Shown piece by piece: positions 26,901 to 41,900 of a DNA stretch of 64,000 bases. Numbering within the stretch: the stretch's first letter is position 1; each line of letters opens with the position of its first letter. Source of the stretch: Lama guanicoe (lineage: Eukaryota); NCBI GenBank assembly GCA_013239625.1, contig MU053559.1, positions 1,366,001-1,430,000 of the forward strand, given 5' to 3'. The notes beneath the pieces are model-generated. The model saw only the letters and a list, made by a program, of their open reading frames with translations. It was not told the DNA's origin and ran no database searches. The translations under genes and the position numbers were made by a program.

Positions 26901-29900
26901 CTTTCTTTGGACATAACAGACATTGTGGATGAATGCCCAGGACACAGGAGCGACACAGCCAGCTGCCTTCTGGGACCTTGAGGATGCCATAGCAGGCCTG
27001 GAGGCACGAGGAGGAGAGCGGGGAACGGTTAGCATCTTTTCACCAGGGTCAGTATCTGCTCTGGTACACAGTCACAGAGTACCCTCTGCTTTTAGGAGAA
27101 AGAGGCAAATAAGGCCAAATAAGCTCATGTCCAGGATTTAGTAGTTTTAAAACACTCAAAAAAAAAAAAGATAATAGCAACTTCCAGCACCTGTTCTAAG
27201 ATCAGCATGTCTGTCTGTGAGGACTGACTTTAAGGATGACAGTATAAGACTAGAAGGAATTATATACAAAGGTTAGCCCAACTGTTATCTGGGTTTGGGG
27301 GTTACATATTTTTTTCTTCTTTGCCTCAATTTTCTAAAGCTTCCTCAATGATTATACATTATAATTAGTCAGTCATATACTTACTAAACAACTCCTACAT
27401 GTCATGCACTATTGTGATCAAGAAAAAAGTGTTAGAACATAAGCAGAATAAAACTTCTGAGGAGCCAATGAGCTAATGCTTAAAGAGCCTAACAGTGCCT
27501 GGTGCATAAAAAACACTCCGCAAATTGTAGCAATTACTCACTTGGGTTGAAGAAAAAGGGACTCATGAATGGATCCTGAATTGAACAGAATATTAGACTA
27601 ATCACAATATTCCAGAGTAAGCTCTGGAAGCTACTTCAAATCCCTTCCAGAATGAAGTTGGACAGATAAATAAATGAATTACTGGGAGGAGGAGGGAGAT
27701 TCATTTGGAAAATTTTCTAGGTTTCCTTGTCACTGCCTCTAATTCTGCCCATCCTTCCCCCTTTACTGCTTACTCTCACCATTAGAGACTATACTTGGGG
27801 GCGCCTGGTGCCCCTTGTGGCCTAGCGTGTCTTCACTGCTGACTGATTTACCACTGTGGCTCCAAAGTCTGTGCCTGCCCCAGAAGGTTCACCCACAGCT
27901 CAGATGCAAGTTACAACAGTTACTATCATGTTATCTCCCCAACTGGCCTCTTTTCCAAATTGTCTCTATCCGTATCACCACCATGCTTCCCAGCTTCCAG
28001 ATCCAAATTCCTGGACTCCTATTATCTGCTTTCCTTCACCTACTGTCCCTTGGGCTTGCTAAAATTCCCTACACAGTGGTCACTAGACTCTGACCTTTCT
28101 CTCCATCCCCATCACAACTGCGCCATCCAAGTCCTCAGTCACATCATGCCTGGATTTATTTCTAAATTCTCCTCCTCCCACTTTACACCTTCAATCTTTT
28201 CAATCTTTTCCTCTATTTGGCTGCCATATTCTTTTTACTAAAATAAAGAGTTTATATCACTGCACTGTAATAAATCCTCTAAAAACTCCTGTTCCCAAAC
28301 CCAATCCCATCTAAAACCAGGGATTGACAAAGTATTTCTTGAAATCTGTTTTTTAAGGCCAACAAGCTAAGAATGGTTTCCATATTTGTAATGGGATGTT
28401 AAAAAAAAAAGAAGAAAAATATGTAACAGGGACTGTATGCGATCCTCAAAGTCTAAAATATTTACTATCTGGCCCTTCAAAGAAAAAGTCTGCTTGCCCC
28501 TTATCTAAAGCCTGCTGCTCTTTCACCTCACTTCTCATGTCACTGCAGCCCCTGTGTCTGCTCCCCTTTCAGACTCCCACTCTTTACTCAGTATGGTTTC
28601 CCTCACCAGGTACATGGTCATATCATGTATTCTCTACTTTAACTGTTATGTTTCATCTCCTCAGTGAGACTGTAAGGTCACTGGGGGGTACGTCCTTTAT
28701 CATCAATTTATCTGGAAAGTTCTCTATGCTGAGCTTGAGAAGTGGTTTGATAGCACAAGTAAATTTCCCTCAAGAACTGAAGATGGATTCCAACTAGGCT
28801 GCTGTCACAGAAGCGGGGCATCATATTATAAGGTCCCTAACCTTCAAAGCTTTTCTTTCTCTGAGATCCAGAAGATTTACCAGGAAATGAAAGCAAGCTT
28901 TCTCCCTAAAATAGAGCCTCTTTCTGACCAGGAGAAGAAAAACCAGTAGCTGGTTCTAGAAATATCCTTTATCACCTGGCCATTTTATTGGGTAGAAAAA
29001 TAATTTACTGAGCTCTCGTGTAGACTTACTCCTGCTCATAAGATCACAGAAGCCTGTATTTCATAGCAGTGGCTCTCAACTTTTCCTAGACCACAGAATG
29101 ATGCAAGCTGGACTCTCTTGAAAAAAACTGCACACATGCACGAACATATGGTTTACATATAATTTCAGGGGGTTAATAAACTTAGTGCCAAACATTATAT
29201 ATACGACAGACATAAAAAACTATGCGCATGTACCTTCAGGAAAATTAATTTAGGCCTCAGTTTGAGTATTCAATACCTGGACTAAGAAGCAGAAAACGGA
29301 ACATATTAAGGGACTTGGAATGGTCCCAATTTTCACACTTTTAAAGGGAAAAAAACTCAGTTCATTGTTAAAATCCAAAATCTATTGATGTAAATAAACC
29401 TCTCTTCTAAAGTACTGACCATAAGTGTATTATAGTTACAGAGGAACAAGCATTTGATATAATATAGTGGCAGTAAAGAAGAAAAATTATATTTAATAAA
29501 TATAAATGTCAAAAATAAATATAAACGTCCCCAATTCTGTTAAGTAAACCAAATCTTCCAAATCATTTAAAGTCATTGTTCAGTCAACAGAGGGAGCTCT
29601 AACCTAAGTATCTCTTCAGAATTCAAGTGACTATACTTTTACATGAAACTTTATGTGGTACCAACATCCAGCTTTAATACATACCAGCTCATATTCTGCA
29701 AGGCCTAGTCAGGTGTTATTGTCATTTCTTTCTATGTGAGGAAAGGGTACCATTTACAGTCATTACTGGATATATTTTCAAAGCAAAATACCTTTAAGGA
29801 GAATTATTATGAACGCTACATTTCATTTCTTAGTCAAAGAACCTGGAAATCACTCATTCATATTTTCTCCCAACTGTAGAGGAAAAACACAGAAAATATA

Positions 29901-32900
29901 TACAGATGTCCTTTGTACTACTCCATTCAAGTCTACTATAGATCCTTAATCATTTATTTGAAAATCCTAGGGTGAGAAACATCAGGAAATTTAGAACTGA
30001 TCAGATCTTAGCTCATCACATACATAGCGTATTATCTAACCTTCCAGTGGGACCAGGGAGAAGTACCATATAATCAAATACATTGATATTTCTCTAACAA
30101 AATATACAAGTATTTATATAAAATGGGATAAAGATTATAAATAGCCTCCTATTGGGTGAGTTCTACTACTGTCCCCAAATCAGTTTTGGTGCCAGACTTA
30201 AGAACTTACTGTTTTCAGAGCCTTAAAATCTTGGAACTGCATAGAAGGGACTGTGGATCTGTTCTGTCAGATATTTAAGTCCATACTTAAATAGTAAAGA
30301 TCTTCTCTCTCATTAAAGATGAGACACAAATGCCAATGACTGGTAGAGTGAAAATAAATTTTCAAAATTCACTCTTCTAAAGGATATAAGTAAAATGAGG
30401 AAAAAGACCCAGTTGATCACAGAATAATTCTAAATACTTTCTAATACAGAGATACCTGTTAGGTGGCCCAGGGAATTAAAATAGTCTTAAGCCCTGGTTT
30501 CTCTCTATCTCCTGTATTATCTAATCATTTCAGCCACTTTGTTGTCAGAATGATCTTTCTAAAATACAAATCATATCCTTCAGGGTTGACAGGACAAACT
30601 AAAGTTTCTTAGTTTGTCACAGAAGGCCCTTCACACGTCCTCATATCCCTCTGTACACTCACTCTCCATGCCTTCCGGGCTCTACCCCACCACTCTCCCT
30701 AGCTCTGCACTGCTCACAGCTGCCTCTGACATACTTTGCCTCCTCTCACTACCCCATGTGAACATGCTCTCCTCTCTGCCTGAACACATACTGCTGTTCT
30801 ATCTGGCATCTCTTTTTGGTCATTAAGACTCAGCTTGGATGCCATCTCTTGGATGTTGTCCCCGACCCCCATCCCTCCCATGCACTTCCATAAAAGCATG
30901 GACTCCTATCTACAAAAACGGCTGGCATACTATGCTGAATGGACAGTGTCCTTGTAGTCTCTATATTAGACTCTTATCTCCCTGGGGGCAAAGACCATGT
31001 CTGCCTCTTTAGCACTGTAGCACATGGATCGTGTTGCGTACTGTCTGCTAGATAAATTAATGAAATGAATGAAACACACAACAGGTTCAGAGGAGTGAAA
31101 AAAATCACTTAGCGTAGGGAAGTTCAAGAAAGGATTTGAACCAGATCTTGAGAGATAATAAAGTTTTGAGAGCCAGAGGTGGGAGAAGTCATTTTAAATT
31201 GGAGTGTGGCTAAAACATGGAGATGACCGCGTCAGGAATATTCGTCACTGCTCAACTAAGTAAACTTATTTTGCTAAAGCACGGGGTCTGGGGGTGGGTG
31301 GAGAAAAGGAAAGAGCTGAAAAGAATGCTGGTATCATCATTATTAATTAAAAAGGTAGTGGGGTAGAGAAAGAATGACAAGCAGCTAGATGTAAGAGCTT
31401 GGGTAAAGTCACTTTCACCTTTGTTTGTATCATCTGTAAAATTCAGGAGTAGCATGGTCTTTTACAATCCTAAATTCTGTGATCTTTAAAAGTGGAGTGG
31501 ACCTAGTTTCCTGGGAGTGGTATATTTGGAAGACAGGGGAGGGCTTTGGGTGTCAGGATAAGGAGTCTGGACTTCCAGCTATAGGAAGTGTAAACTCACC
31601 AAGGTTCCTGACCATGAGTATAACCTGATGATGTAACAGGGACTCTAAGGCAGAGGAGAGACTCTTAGGCTGGCAGCAAGGAGACTCCCCAGGGGACTGT
31701 AAAAGTACCGAACAAGGCAATCTTAATGGCATGGGCATGAAGTGACACGATAAAGACTTGGGTTTAGCCCCCTGGAGTAAAGTTAGTAAGTCAGTCACTT
31801 TGGGGATCATAAGAAGTACTATTTCTAAAGGAATTACTAAAGAACAGCCAGGTCAAATCTTTATTTTCACCCTTAAATGCAAGCTGCTACCGAGATATGG
31901 GTGCTGGAGATCGTCACTGAGCTTCAGAAAGGCTGACCGTGGGGAGGTGGTGGTCTCCACTCTCACTAACCTGATGCACACAGATGTTACACTTATCACA
32001 GAACACCATATCATTCCCTTCTTCACTGTCTGGAGACCGGCACACATCACAGATCACATCTTCATCATACTCTATGCCTAGCCCTTCCTCTGTCTCAATA
32101 GCATGGTTCATATTTTCATGGCAATGGCGTTCCAGGACTTCTACTGTCTTTTCCATAAGATCCTCATCAACTGGCCCACAACCTGCACAGAAATACAAAC
32201 AATCAATCAACCCATCAGTCAGCTGTCATTCCCAAATCATCTACTGTGAGCCCGGTGCAGGGGTTGAGGGATTCTAAAGGATAAAACCATCTCTTCCCTG
32301 ATCTGAGACAACCAGATTTCAACGAATCTTTTACTAGAGCTATTCTAAAATTTATCTATCATTATATATCAGTGTTAGACACATGAAAGAAGAAATACAT
32401 TTCACCACATTCCTTGTAAGTTGTCTTACAGACCCTTTCAATTTGCTGTCTAAATCCTAGCCAGTTTCCTCCTAAATCTATTTTTTCTCTTACCCCCACT
32501 GAGGGAGGACTTTCACTTAACTTTGTAATTATGAACACTTAATTTATAGTATAATAAAATAATTAGAATCACTTAACTATTTGGACATAAATAACAATTC
32601 ATTCTTAGCAAATGAGTCCATCTAATGGCTATACAAGGAAATTTTCATACAAAAAAGTATTAAGCCATAAAAGAAAATTCTAGGTACTGTATATGTGATT
32701 ATATATATGAAATATTTGTTTTTCAAACTTGACTTTTAAAAAAATCCAATAATATTTTCTCATGGCAAACTATAACATAAAATAAACTTAATACCATTCA
32801 CAAAGGTCTAACTGCAAATTCTGAAATTACCATTTTTGCTTCCTGATTCCTTTTCCTTCTCTACTTTTAATTTTTCTTAGTCTTCTATACTTAATAACCC

Positions 32901-35900
32901 AACTATAAGATTCATATGGTGGCTACTGGTAACACCTAAACATTTCTCTTCTTAGGGGGACTAGTGATTTTGTGAGAGCACATATATATTTATTCTAACA
33001 GCTTGTAAACTCAGGAATAATTATAACGATCCAAAACAAATTTACCCAAATATTCCACTTCATTTGTAATATGAGATCCTAAGGAACTTTGGAATTTCAC
33101 ATAAACCACCTTTTCAATGCTGTAGCTACTTATGAAACCAAAAACTATTCAGGTAGTATGTTTCATTTTTCCAGCCAAGACAAATTACACATTTTCTTCC
33201 CCCAGAGTGAAGGAGTGTAGTGTCTGGCTATAAAAGCACTTGGATTCAAATTCCAACTTGACCTCAGATTGGTTATGTAAGCTTTGACAAGTTATCCTCT
33301 TTAGGGCTTAGCTTCCTTATCTACAAAAATAAGGATAATAATACCAAACGCACTGATTTCTTGTGAGGCAGAGATGAGATAATATTTGTACATTGCTTAG
33401 TATAGTGCCTGGTATGCAGTAAGCACTCAATTAAAAAACTCCTTAATCTGAATTAAAAATATGCTTAATTTAATATTGTTTTAATAAGTTTATTTTAAGC
33501 TTTTAGAAGCCTTACTACAGTATCATTCACCCTAAAGGAATGCTTGAGATAAGGTAATCCTCTTTTAAGACTCGTCCAAGCCTAAATGCAATGTGGTATC
33601 CTGGATGGGATCCTGGAACAGAAAAAGGTTGTTAGTGGAAAAACTGGTGAAATCCCAATACAGCCTGGAACTTAGCTAACAGTACTGTACCCGGGCTGGT
33701 TTCTCGGCTTTGACAAATGTATTAAAGTGAGATGTTAACATTAGGGGAAACTGAAATTGCGTGAGGGGTATATGGTAACTGTATTAAATGTGCAACTTTT
33801 CTGAAACCTAAAACTATTCCAAAAAAAAATTCAAGCTTATTAAAAACAAAAACTCATCCAAAGGGAATTACCTGCAAAATACCAAAGGGACCTTGTTATA
33901 AGGTGGTGTCATGGTGAAGGCAGCACTGTAATGACTGTAATGTATACAGATGCTATATGACTCATAAACACAACTGCACATTGAGCCATCAATCCACTTG
34001 ATTATGCCCCCATACTCTCATTTCCCCTCTTGGTCAGTCTTTTATCCCCCTCTTGTTGTGATTCCCACCCTAAATTGACCCCCCCCTCCTTTTAGAAGGC
34101 AGAGCAAGAGAAGACATAAAACAAAACATTTTAAAAAGCAAGGAGTTAAGTACTGGTTACTGGCAGAATAACTGTCACCATCACGCCAAACTGGATTTAA
34201 TAGTTTTAATTTTTTATCCACATACATTCAGATATCAAATCTCAAAAGAAGCAAAGAAAAAAAAAGGGAAGAAAAAGAAAACCACTGACCCTTGTTGTGC
34301 TAACAATGAACAAATGTGATTCAAACAAAAATAAAATTAGATGTATCCTTCACCACATCTCATAGAGACTTAAAAACCACCCACAGTTCCACAGGACCAC
34401 TTGGACCTAAACACGGTCTAGACTGAAGACAGGTCAAGGAAAGCTGTGTGTGAGTATAAGGTGAGTTTCCTTCCAGCCTAGGATTTCTCAGCATTGCCAG
34501 TATGGTACCATATGGCATACATTTACTTTAAAGTCTCGTACTAAGGCATCCTGGTCACATCATGCAGTGGTGATACATGCAGTGGTGCTGCCTAATGCTG
34601 AAGTCGGAGCTTCTCCCCATCAGGTGAAAATGTCAGGGGTGCCACTACCATTGGCCCTGCTCACTGATCAGTGTTTTTCGGGGCTGAGTGAGGAACCAGT
34701 CTAAGAATCCTTCTTAACCAGAAGTCCAATCAGCCATGACTAATCTCATACTCAGAACTGGGAAACAGTCTTGTGAAACCTACATGCCATCACTGATCTG
34801 TGATATTCACCATCAACAAGGAAAGAAAAGGTCAGATTTAAATGATATTGCTCTACTTCAATATATTTATGCATTTCAGGAAATGCCTCATTAAGATTAA
34901 AGAGAAAAATAAACGAAAAGGCCAGGAAAGAAAGGAAGCCATAAGATGAAAGCAAGTTAAATGGTCCTGACAACTTAGAAAAAAATCATGAATCAAGTCA
35001 AGGAATAACTTACTTGTGAGGAAGCAACTTACCCATTTCTGCGAGGTCTTCATTGAGTTCCTGAAGCCAGAAGATGTCCATGTCGTCTAGGTCATAGCGG
35101 CACACAGATGCCGCCAGCTCCATCATGTTGATGTAGCCAGGCTCCGCAGTCTCTGGGCTGGAGCAGTGGATGTACTTTCGGGGCCGGATAAATAGGACAT
35201 CCTTTACCTTGTCGGCTACAACCCTAGAAAAGCGAAAGAAAGACACTGGTAACAATCAACAAATGACAGATTCTAGGCACTGATGGATGGGGCCAACAAC
35301 ACTCAGGCCATGCAGTGGAGTAGAATGCTCTCCCTCTCCACCTTGGGGGAACCCTCTGCTCTGCCATTTGGGAGACATGGCAGATCCTTTTCTAGAAAGG
35401 AAACAGCTCTACAAATCCAGTTTTGTCATCTGCTGTGAACACTCTGACTGCTAATGAAATGCTTCATTTACCCTTATGGCTCCTAGGTACCTACTACAGT
35501 TCATATTAATAAAATATTGTTGCATTGTGTGTTCCTGGTGCAATGGCCACCACATTTATTCAGAACAGGAAATTGTAGAACAGGTGACATCTGTACAATG
35601 GCACAGCCAGATTTCACACCAAAAAGATACTTCAGCTGAACTCATGATTTTCTGCCATGGAGGCAATACCGGATGGTGGTAAAGAGTACAGGCCATAGAC
35701 TCACACGAATCTGTTTTTTTTTTCCCGCTCACTTGCATGGTAATCTTGGGTAATTACTTAATTTCTATAAGGTCAGTTTTCTTAGCTAAAAAGGATGGTA
35801 ATCATAAATAATGATAAAATAATACCAAACTTATAGGGCTAGTATCACAGTTACATGAAATAAAATATATAAACTGCTTAGCTTAGTGTATAGTAAAAAA

Positions 35901-38900
35901 TAGATGATCAATAATGTTATCATTATTATTCTATATCTTACTATTTTCACTATTTATATAGATGGGTTAAAGCCAAGAGGCCACGGATTTATACAAACTT
36001 AAGGCATTTCCCAACCATAAGTGATAGGTGAGCGTAAGTGTTAGCCAGAGTAACACGATGCTATGAAAGATTCTCATTCTTCCATCAAATGATCCAGCAG
36101 CAAACCCATTATCTCCCCTCACCCCTTCTGACGCTTAAGAGCTCAAGGCAAGGAAACCAAGCAAGCAAAGAAACAGAAGTTTCTCATGCCAATGACTTAT
36201 TCTACAATCGATGTTTTAGATACTATATGAAGCATTAGAAAATGTAACCAAAAGGAAATTTGGATTGTTATTCCCTGGCAACTTTAAAGAACAGGGTGGG
36301 CCATCCAAAAAAAAGAGAAAGAAATAGATACAAGTGTCATCATAAAATAATAAAAATTGTTTCTCTGGAAGGCTTCTAGAGCCAGTTTCTTTAGAGTTTC
36401 CATGTATATAGAAGGATTCATAAACATAAATGTATTCATATGAATACATATAAGTATGTAAATATTATAGTCCACTCTGTAAATATGCAGTGAATTTCCT
36501 CCTAAGCATTCTTCCAAAAACTCATGATTCCAAATAATGTATGTTGTATAAAGTTAATAACTATACACATTTGCACATTTAAAATTTCCTACCACATGGA
36601 ATTTTTAAAGCCAATGGCAACAAAATATTGGAGGAAAAAAGTAGAACTCTAAATATTAACTGAAACTAAAAATCTGGGAACTGCTATCAGAGGCTTGCTT
36701 CCAACAGAAATGAACCCAACTGAAAAGGACAAGACAAGCATATGAATTCTCCAGAGACTATGAGATTAAATATGCTGTGCTTTTTTGGTGTATGACCTAC
36801 AAGGTAATCATAGAATATCTAATCTTCCCCCAAGATTCATCTTTTTATAAAAGGAAGAATATTTTGCTTAACTATTCATCTTAATTGCCTCAAATTTTAT
36901 GTGAAACAAGGTAGACTATAAATGTTCTTGAATCAAACTAATATGTTTATTAAGCTTCTGGAAGAAAACAAAGGGGAATATCTTTATGACCTGGAGACAG
37001 ATAAAGATATTTTAAATAAGACACAGAAGCCATTAACCATAAAGGAAGAGACTGAAAAACTTGTTAATCAACAATGTATAATAAACACTTACAAATCAAT
37101 TAGAAAATGACAAACAAGCCAATTAAAAACTGGGCAAAAAGATTTGAATAGACACTTCACAAATAAGATTATCCAGATGGCAAGAAAACTTTTAAAAGGT
37201 TCTCAACCTCATTAGTTATCACAGAAATGCAAACTGAAATCATAATCACCATTACCTGCCAGAATGGCTAAACTTAAAAAGATTGACCAGAAAACTAAGT
37301 GCTTGTAAGGAAACGGAGCAAACAGACCACTGCTGATGGGAATGTGAATTGGTACAGTAATTCTGGCAACCTATTGGGCAGCAGATACTATGGCTGAATA
37401 TATGCATACCCTATGACTTAGCAAACCCGTTCCTCGGAATATACTTAACAAAAAAGTACACGTGCTCATACTTCAAGATGAATAAAAATGACTGTATTAT
37501 AACAGCTGAAAACTGAAAGCAATCCAAGTATCTATCAAGATATCAAGCAGAATGGATTAAAAAATGTGGTATATTCACACAATGGAATATGACACAAGCG
37601 AAATTTAATGAACTACTACATGCAACAGCATGGATGAATCTCACAACCATAATGATGAACAAAACAATCCAGTCTCAGTATGAAGGTCAAAAACTGGCAA
37701 AACTGTCATCTATGGTGAAGGAAGTCAATTGGTGGGCAGGAGCAGAAGGAGGGCTTCTGGGGTGCTGCTAATGTTCTATTTCTTAATCTGGGTGGCAGTT
37801 AAACAAGTGTATTTTCTTTATTGAAGTATAGCCAGTTTACAATGTTGTGTCAATTTCTGGTGTACAGTATCATGTTTCAGTTATACATATACATATATTC
37901 CTTTTCATATTCTTTTTCATTATAGGTTACTGTAAGATATTGAATATAGTTCCCTGTGCTATACAAAAGAAACTTGTCGTTTATCTATTTTATATATAGT
38001 AGTTAGTATCTGCAAATCTTGAACTCCTAATTTATCCTTTCCTACCCTCTTTCCCCTCTGGTAACGACAAATTTATTTTCTATGTCTGTGAGTCTTAAAC
38101 AAGTGTATTTAATTCATGAAAATTCACTGAGTTATACAGTTATGCTTTAGTTATCTTTCTGTGTATATATTACACTTCAATGCACAATTTATAACAATGA
38201 TGATGATGTTATCTCACTCATCTTTTCATATGTATCTTGAATTAAAGGTCTGACTCTAAGGACTGAGTTTATAACAACTAAAAAAATAGAGACTGAAACA
38301 GTAATATCAAAGGCAAGGAAATGCATAGGTAAAAGGTGAAGTTAAGACACATCCACAAGGAGAAATTCTTGAATTTATAATGACAGATGGAAGGTCTATG
38401 ACAATCACAGAGAAATATTACTTCGGGGTTTTTAAAAAATGCAGCTTTAACATTTTCAAGTACATATAACACTGATACAGCTGGAGGATATCCCAGCATC
38501 ATCCCTGGGCGGTCACTATACACTAGGTAGAGGGACACTCTTTGAACGGTCACCAGACCATTGACCAAATCATCAAAAGCTCACAAGCCTAGTAGTATGA
38601 GCAGTTTTGTTAGGGTGATGTAGTAAGTGCAGTTTTTCCATGTACATTCTTGAGTGTAAATGAATGCTGTAATAACTTTCTGGATGACTGACCTTTGGTG
38701 AAAGGACCCACAATCACACCTGCTTAGTTCCACAGAAAGCAAGCCTATCCACCTGCTCCTTAGGGAGGGCCAGCTACTTCTGGCCCATGTGAACACTGCT
38801 GTGGCACTGAGGAGACAACAAAAGGAAGCTGCAACCACTCTAAGCTGATCTATAGCCTCTTCCAGTGTCTTATGCATAGTGAGTCCTCAGTATGTCTTCA

Positions 38901-41900
38901 GCTGATCTAAATATTTAGCAGGTAGAGACAATGTTTCATTTCCTAATGAGTAGATTAGAATCATTTATGAATAGCACAAAATTGGACAAATATCATAACA
39001 TAATGGTTTTTTTTAAAAAGGCTTGAAATAAATGTCTTAAAAGCTAACTAAATAATAATATCTTACAATAATAGCCCTAGGAATAGTTTCCCAAGATGCT
39101 CCTTCTCAATCTTGCCACTCTAGGTTGACTGCTTATCTACAAGACTCCATGTCTCATCTATGAAACAAAAGACAATTATAACCTCTGTGACAGATGATAT
39201 TTTAAAAATCCCACATGTTCTTTTACAATGTGACTCTGCCACTCCCCCATTAAGTGGTGAAGTCTATTTCCCCTCCTCTTGAATTGGGGAGGGCATGTGA
39301 CTTTCCACTTTCCACCAACAGAAAATGGCAGAAGTGATGCTATGAGGATTGCAAGGCTGTGTCATCAAAGGGAATACAGCTTTCACCTTGTTTGCTGGCA
39401 CACGTGCATGTGGAGCCCTGTGCCTGAGGCCTGTAGAAAGACTGCCTGTGCTGAGGTTGCCATGCTATGAGGAAGCCAAACCAAGTGGAGAGGCCCCATG
39501 CAATCTTTACATCATCTCAGTCCAGGTGACAGATATGCTAGTGAATAAGCCATTAGATGATTCCAGCCCCCAGTCACTCTCAAACTTCAAGTCTTCCTAG
39601 ATGAGGCCCTAGACATTGCAGAGCAGAGATTAGCCATCCTCACTGTGCCCTGTCTGAATTCCTGACCCACGGAATCCGTAAGTATAATAACATAGTTGTT
39701 TGAAGCTGCTAAGTTTGGGGGCAACAGTAACTGGAAAAACCACCAAAAGACTGCCTTAAACTTTAAATAAGGTAAATGTGCATATGGAAGTGCTCTTTAC
39801 TGATTCTCATAGCTGAAAGCAAAATGGTAGGCTGCTGCTGCCTAAAATGGAATGGGAAAGGAGATATATGAAAAGTGGGGCAAGGAGAGCAGGGGGAGGT
39901 GAGAGAGGCATGATGATGAATTACAGTAGCAGAGCGGAAGGCAGGCTTGTGCTCCCATTTATCGGTAGGGGCTGTTCTTCCTTTGACTTACTATATGAAA
40001 TCTGGTATCTTTTGAAAGTAGAGCCAAGAGGATCTCCTTTAATATTGAATATGGGGTATGAGGCAATGAAGAATCAAAGATGACTCTAGGAATTTTGGCC
40101 TGAAAAACTGAACAGGAAGGATGAATCCGCGATTAGTTAAACGTAGAAAACTACAGGTAGAACTAGCTTGGGAAGAACATCAGAAGTTCAGTTTGGGACA
40201 TTTTAAGTCTGAGATATCTACTGGACATGCAAGTGAAAATGCTGAATTGGTTGTTATATATTTGAGTCTGGAGTTTACTGAAGAAAGTATTGCTCTCCAT
40301 AACCCAGTTAGTTCAACAGTTACATTCCAAGGAGAAATAGGGGCCTCTCTGAATAGCTTATCATTCTCTCTCAGTATTACTAATGGCTCAGAAGTATATG
40401 ACAAATAAATTGTTAAGTGAAAAAAGCAAGTTATAGAATGTTCCTATTGATTTATACATACATATGTATGTGTTGTATAAGCATATGCACTATAAAGTTG
40501 GTGTTTTATATTCTGATTATTTTGTTTTTACAGTAAGTCATTTTAATTCATCTATAATTTTAAAATCATTCACACACATACATAGTAAATACATCTTTAA
40601 CACTTACAGTGTCATATAACTTATAATGCATGCTTCCTTTCAGCCAAACATGAAGCACTGCTTTCCTTCCATTGGAACCTTATTGCAACAGAAACTAATT
40701 TAAATATACAAATGCAAACCAAAAACAAAAATGAAGCTTGTTTATTATTGAGTAGCATCAAAATCACCCACAGTCTACCTAAAAACATGTAATGAGGTTA
40801 ACATCATCTTTGTTGAACTTTCAAAAATTTCCTTGTGGTAATGAACAAACTGATCCAAGCAGCTGTAACTTAACAGTGCAAGCTGGCCCCATTTCATAAT
40901 TCTCCATACCTTACCCTTAATCATTACATACACACACTACACGACCCTAAACTAAGAGACAAGAGAATTGCAGAAAGGACAATGGAACAGAGGGGGAAAC
41001 CTAGTCGGAAAGCCAGAACAAAAATTCTGAAAGGATGTGCTCCATCTACTCTGTTGTATTTGCCCTCTGCCACTTCCTTTTAGTTATTACAGCATGAAGA
41101 GTAATTCTAGCACCAAGGAATCAGGTCAATTAATTTATATACATCCGGAATTACTTCTGTAAGTCCATTAGGAAATAAAAGTCTAAAGTGTTTTGACAGT
41201 CTTGCGGATTAGGTAATAAATAGTGTTTAGTTTTATTAATATTTAAATTTCTCTAGCTGATTGATTAATCTGTCTGTAGGCACTAAGACAAGTAACTCAA
41301 ATACAAACATTACAAATATTGCTATTGTGATGGATTGAAGATAGTCACAAATCCTTTTAAAGTCCTTCTGTTGAGAGGTAGGGTCTATTTCCTTTCCCTT
41401 TGGTCTGGGAGCTCTCTGAGACTGCTCTAACAAAACATGGTGAAAGTAACACTGTGCCATTTTCTGAGCCCAGGCATTGAGACTAGCACCTTCCACTTCT
41501 TATATCTTGCAATACTCACTCTTGGAGCCTGGAGCTGCCATGTAAGAAGTCAGATTATCCTGCTGAGAGACCATGTGGAGAAGTCTAACACTAAATGGGA
41601 ATCTGGGCAGTGCCAGATTATAGCATCAACTATATGGGTACAGGGGTGAACTTTTACAGTTCAACAATAAAAAGACAAATAGCCCAATGTTTTTAATGGG
41701 CAAAAAATCTGAATAATTTCTCTAAAGAAGATATATATAGGAAGTATGCATGGATGCAACAAGTAAAAATGGGACATTCTAGAACTGCTGTCAGGGGGAC
41801 TTTGTCATCCTGTTCACCAAAGGGTCAGATTTGCAGCGGCCAAAGGCATCCATTCCAAAGTGAGTGTGATAGAACATCATAAAGAGGTGAACTGAGACGA

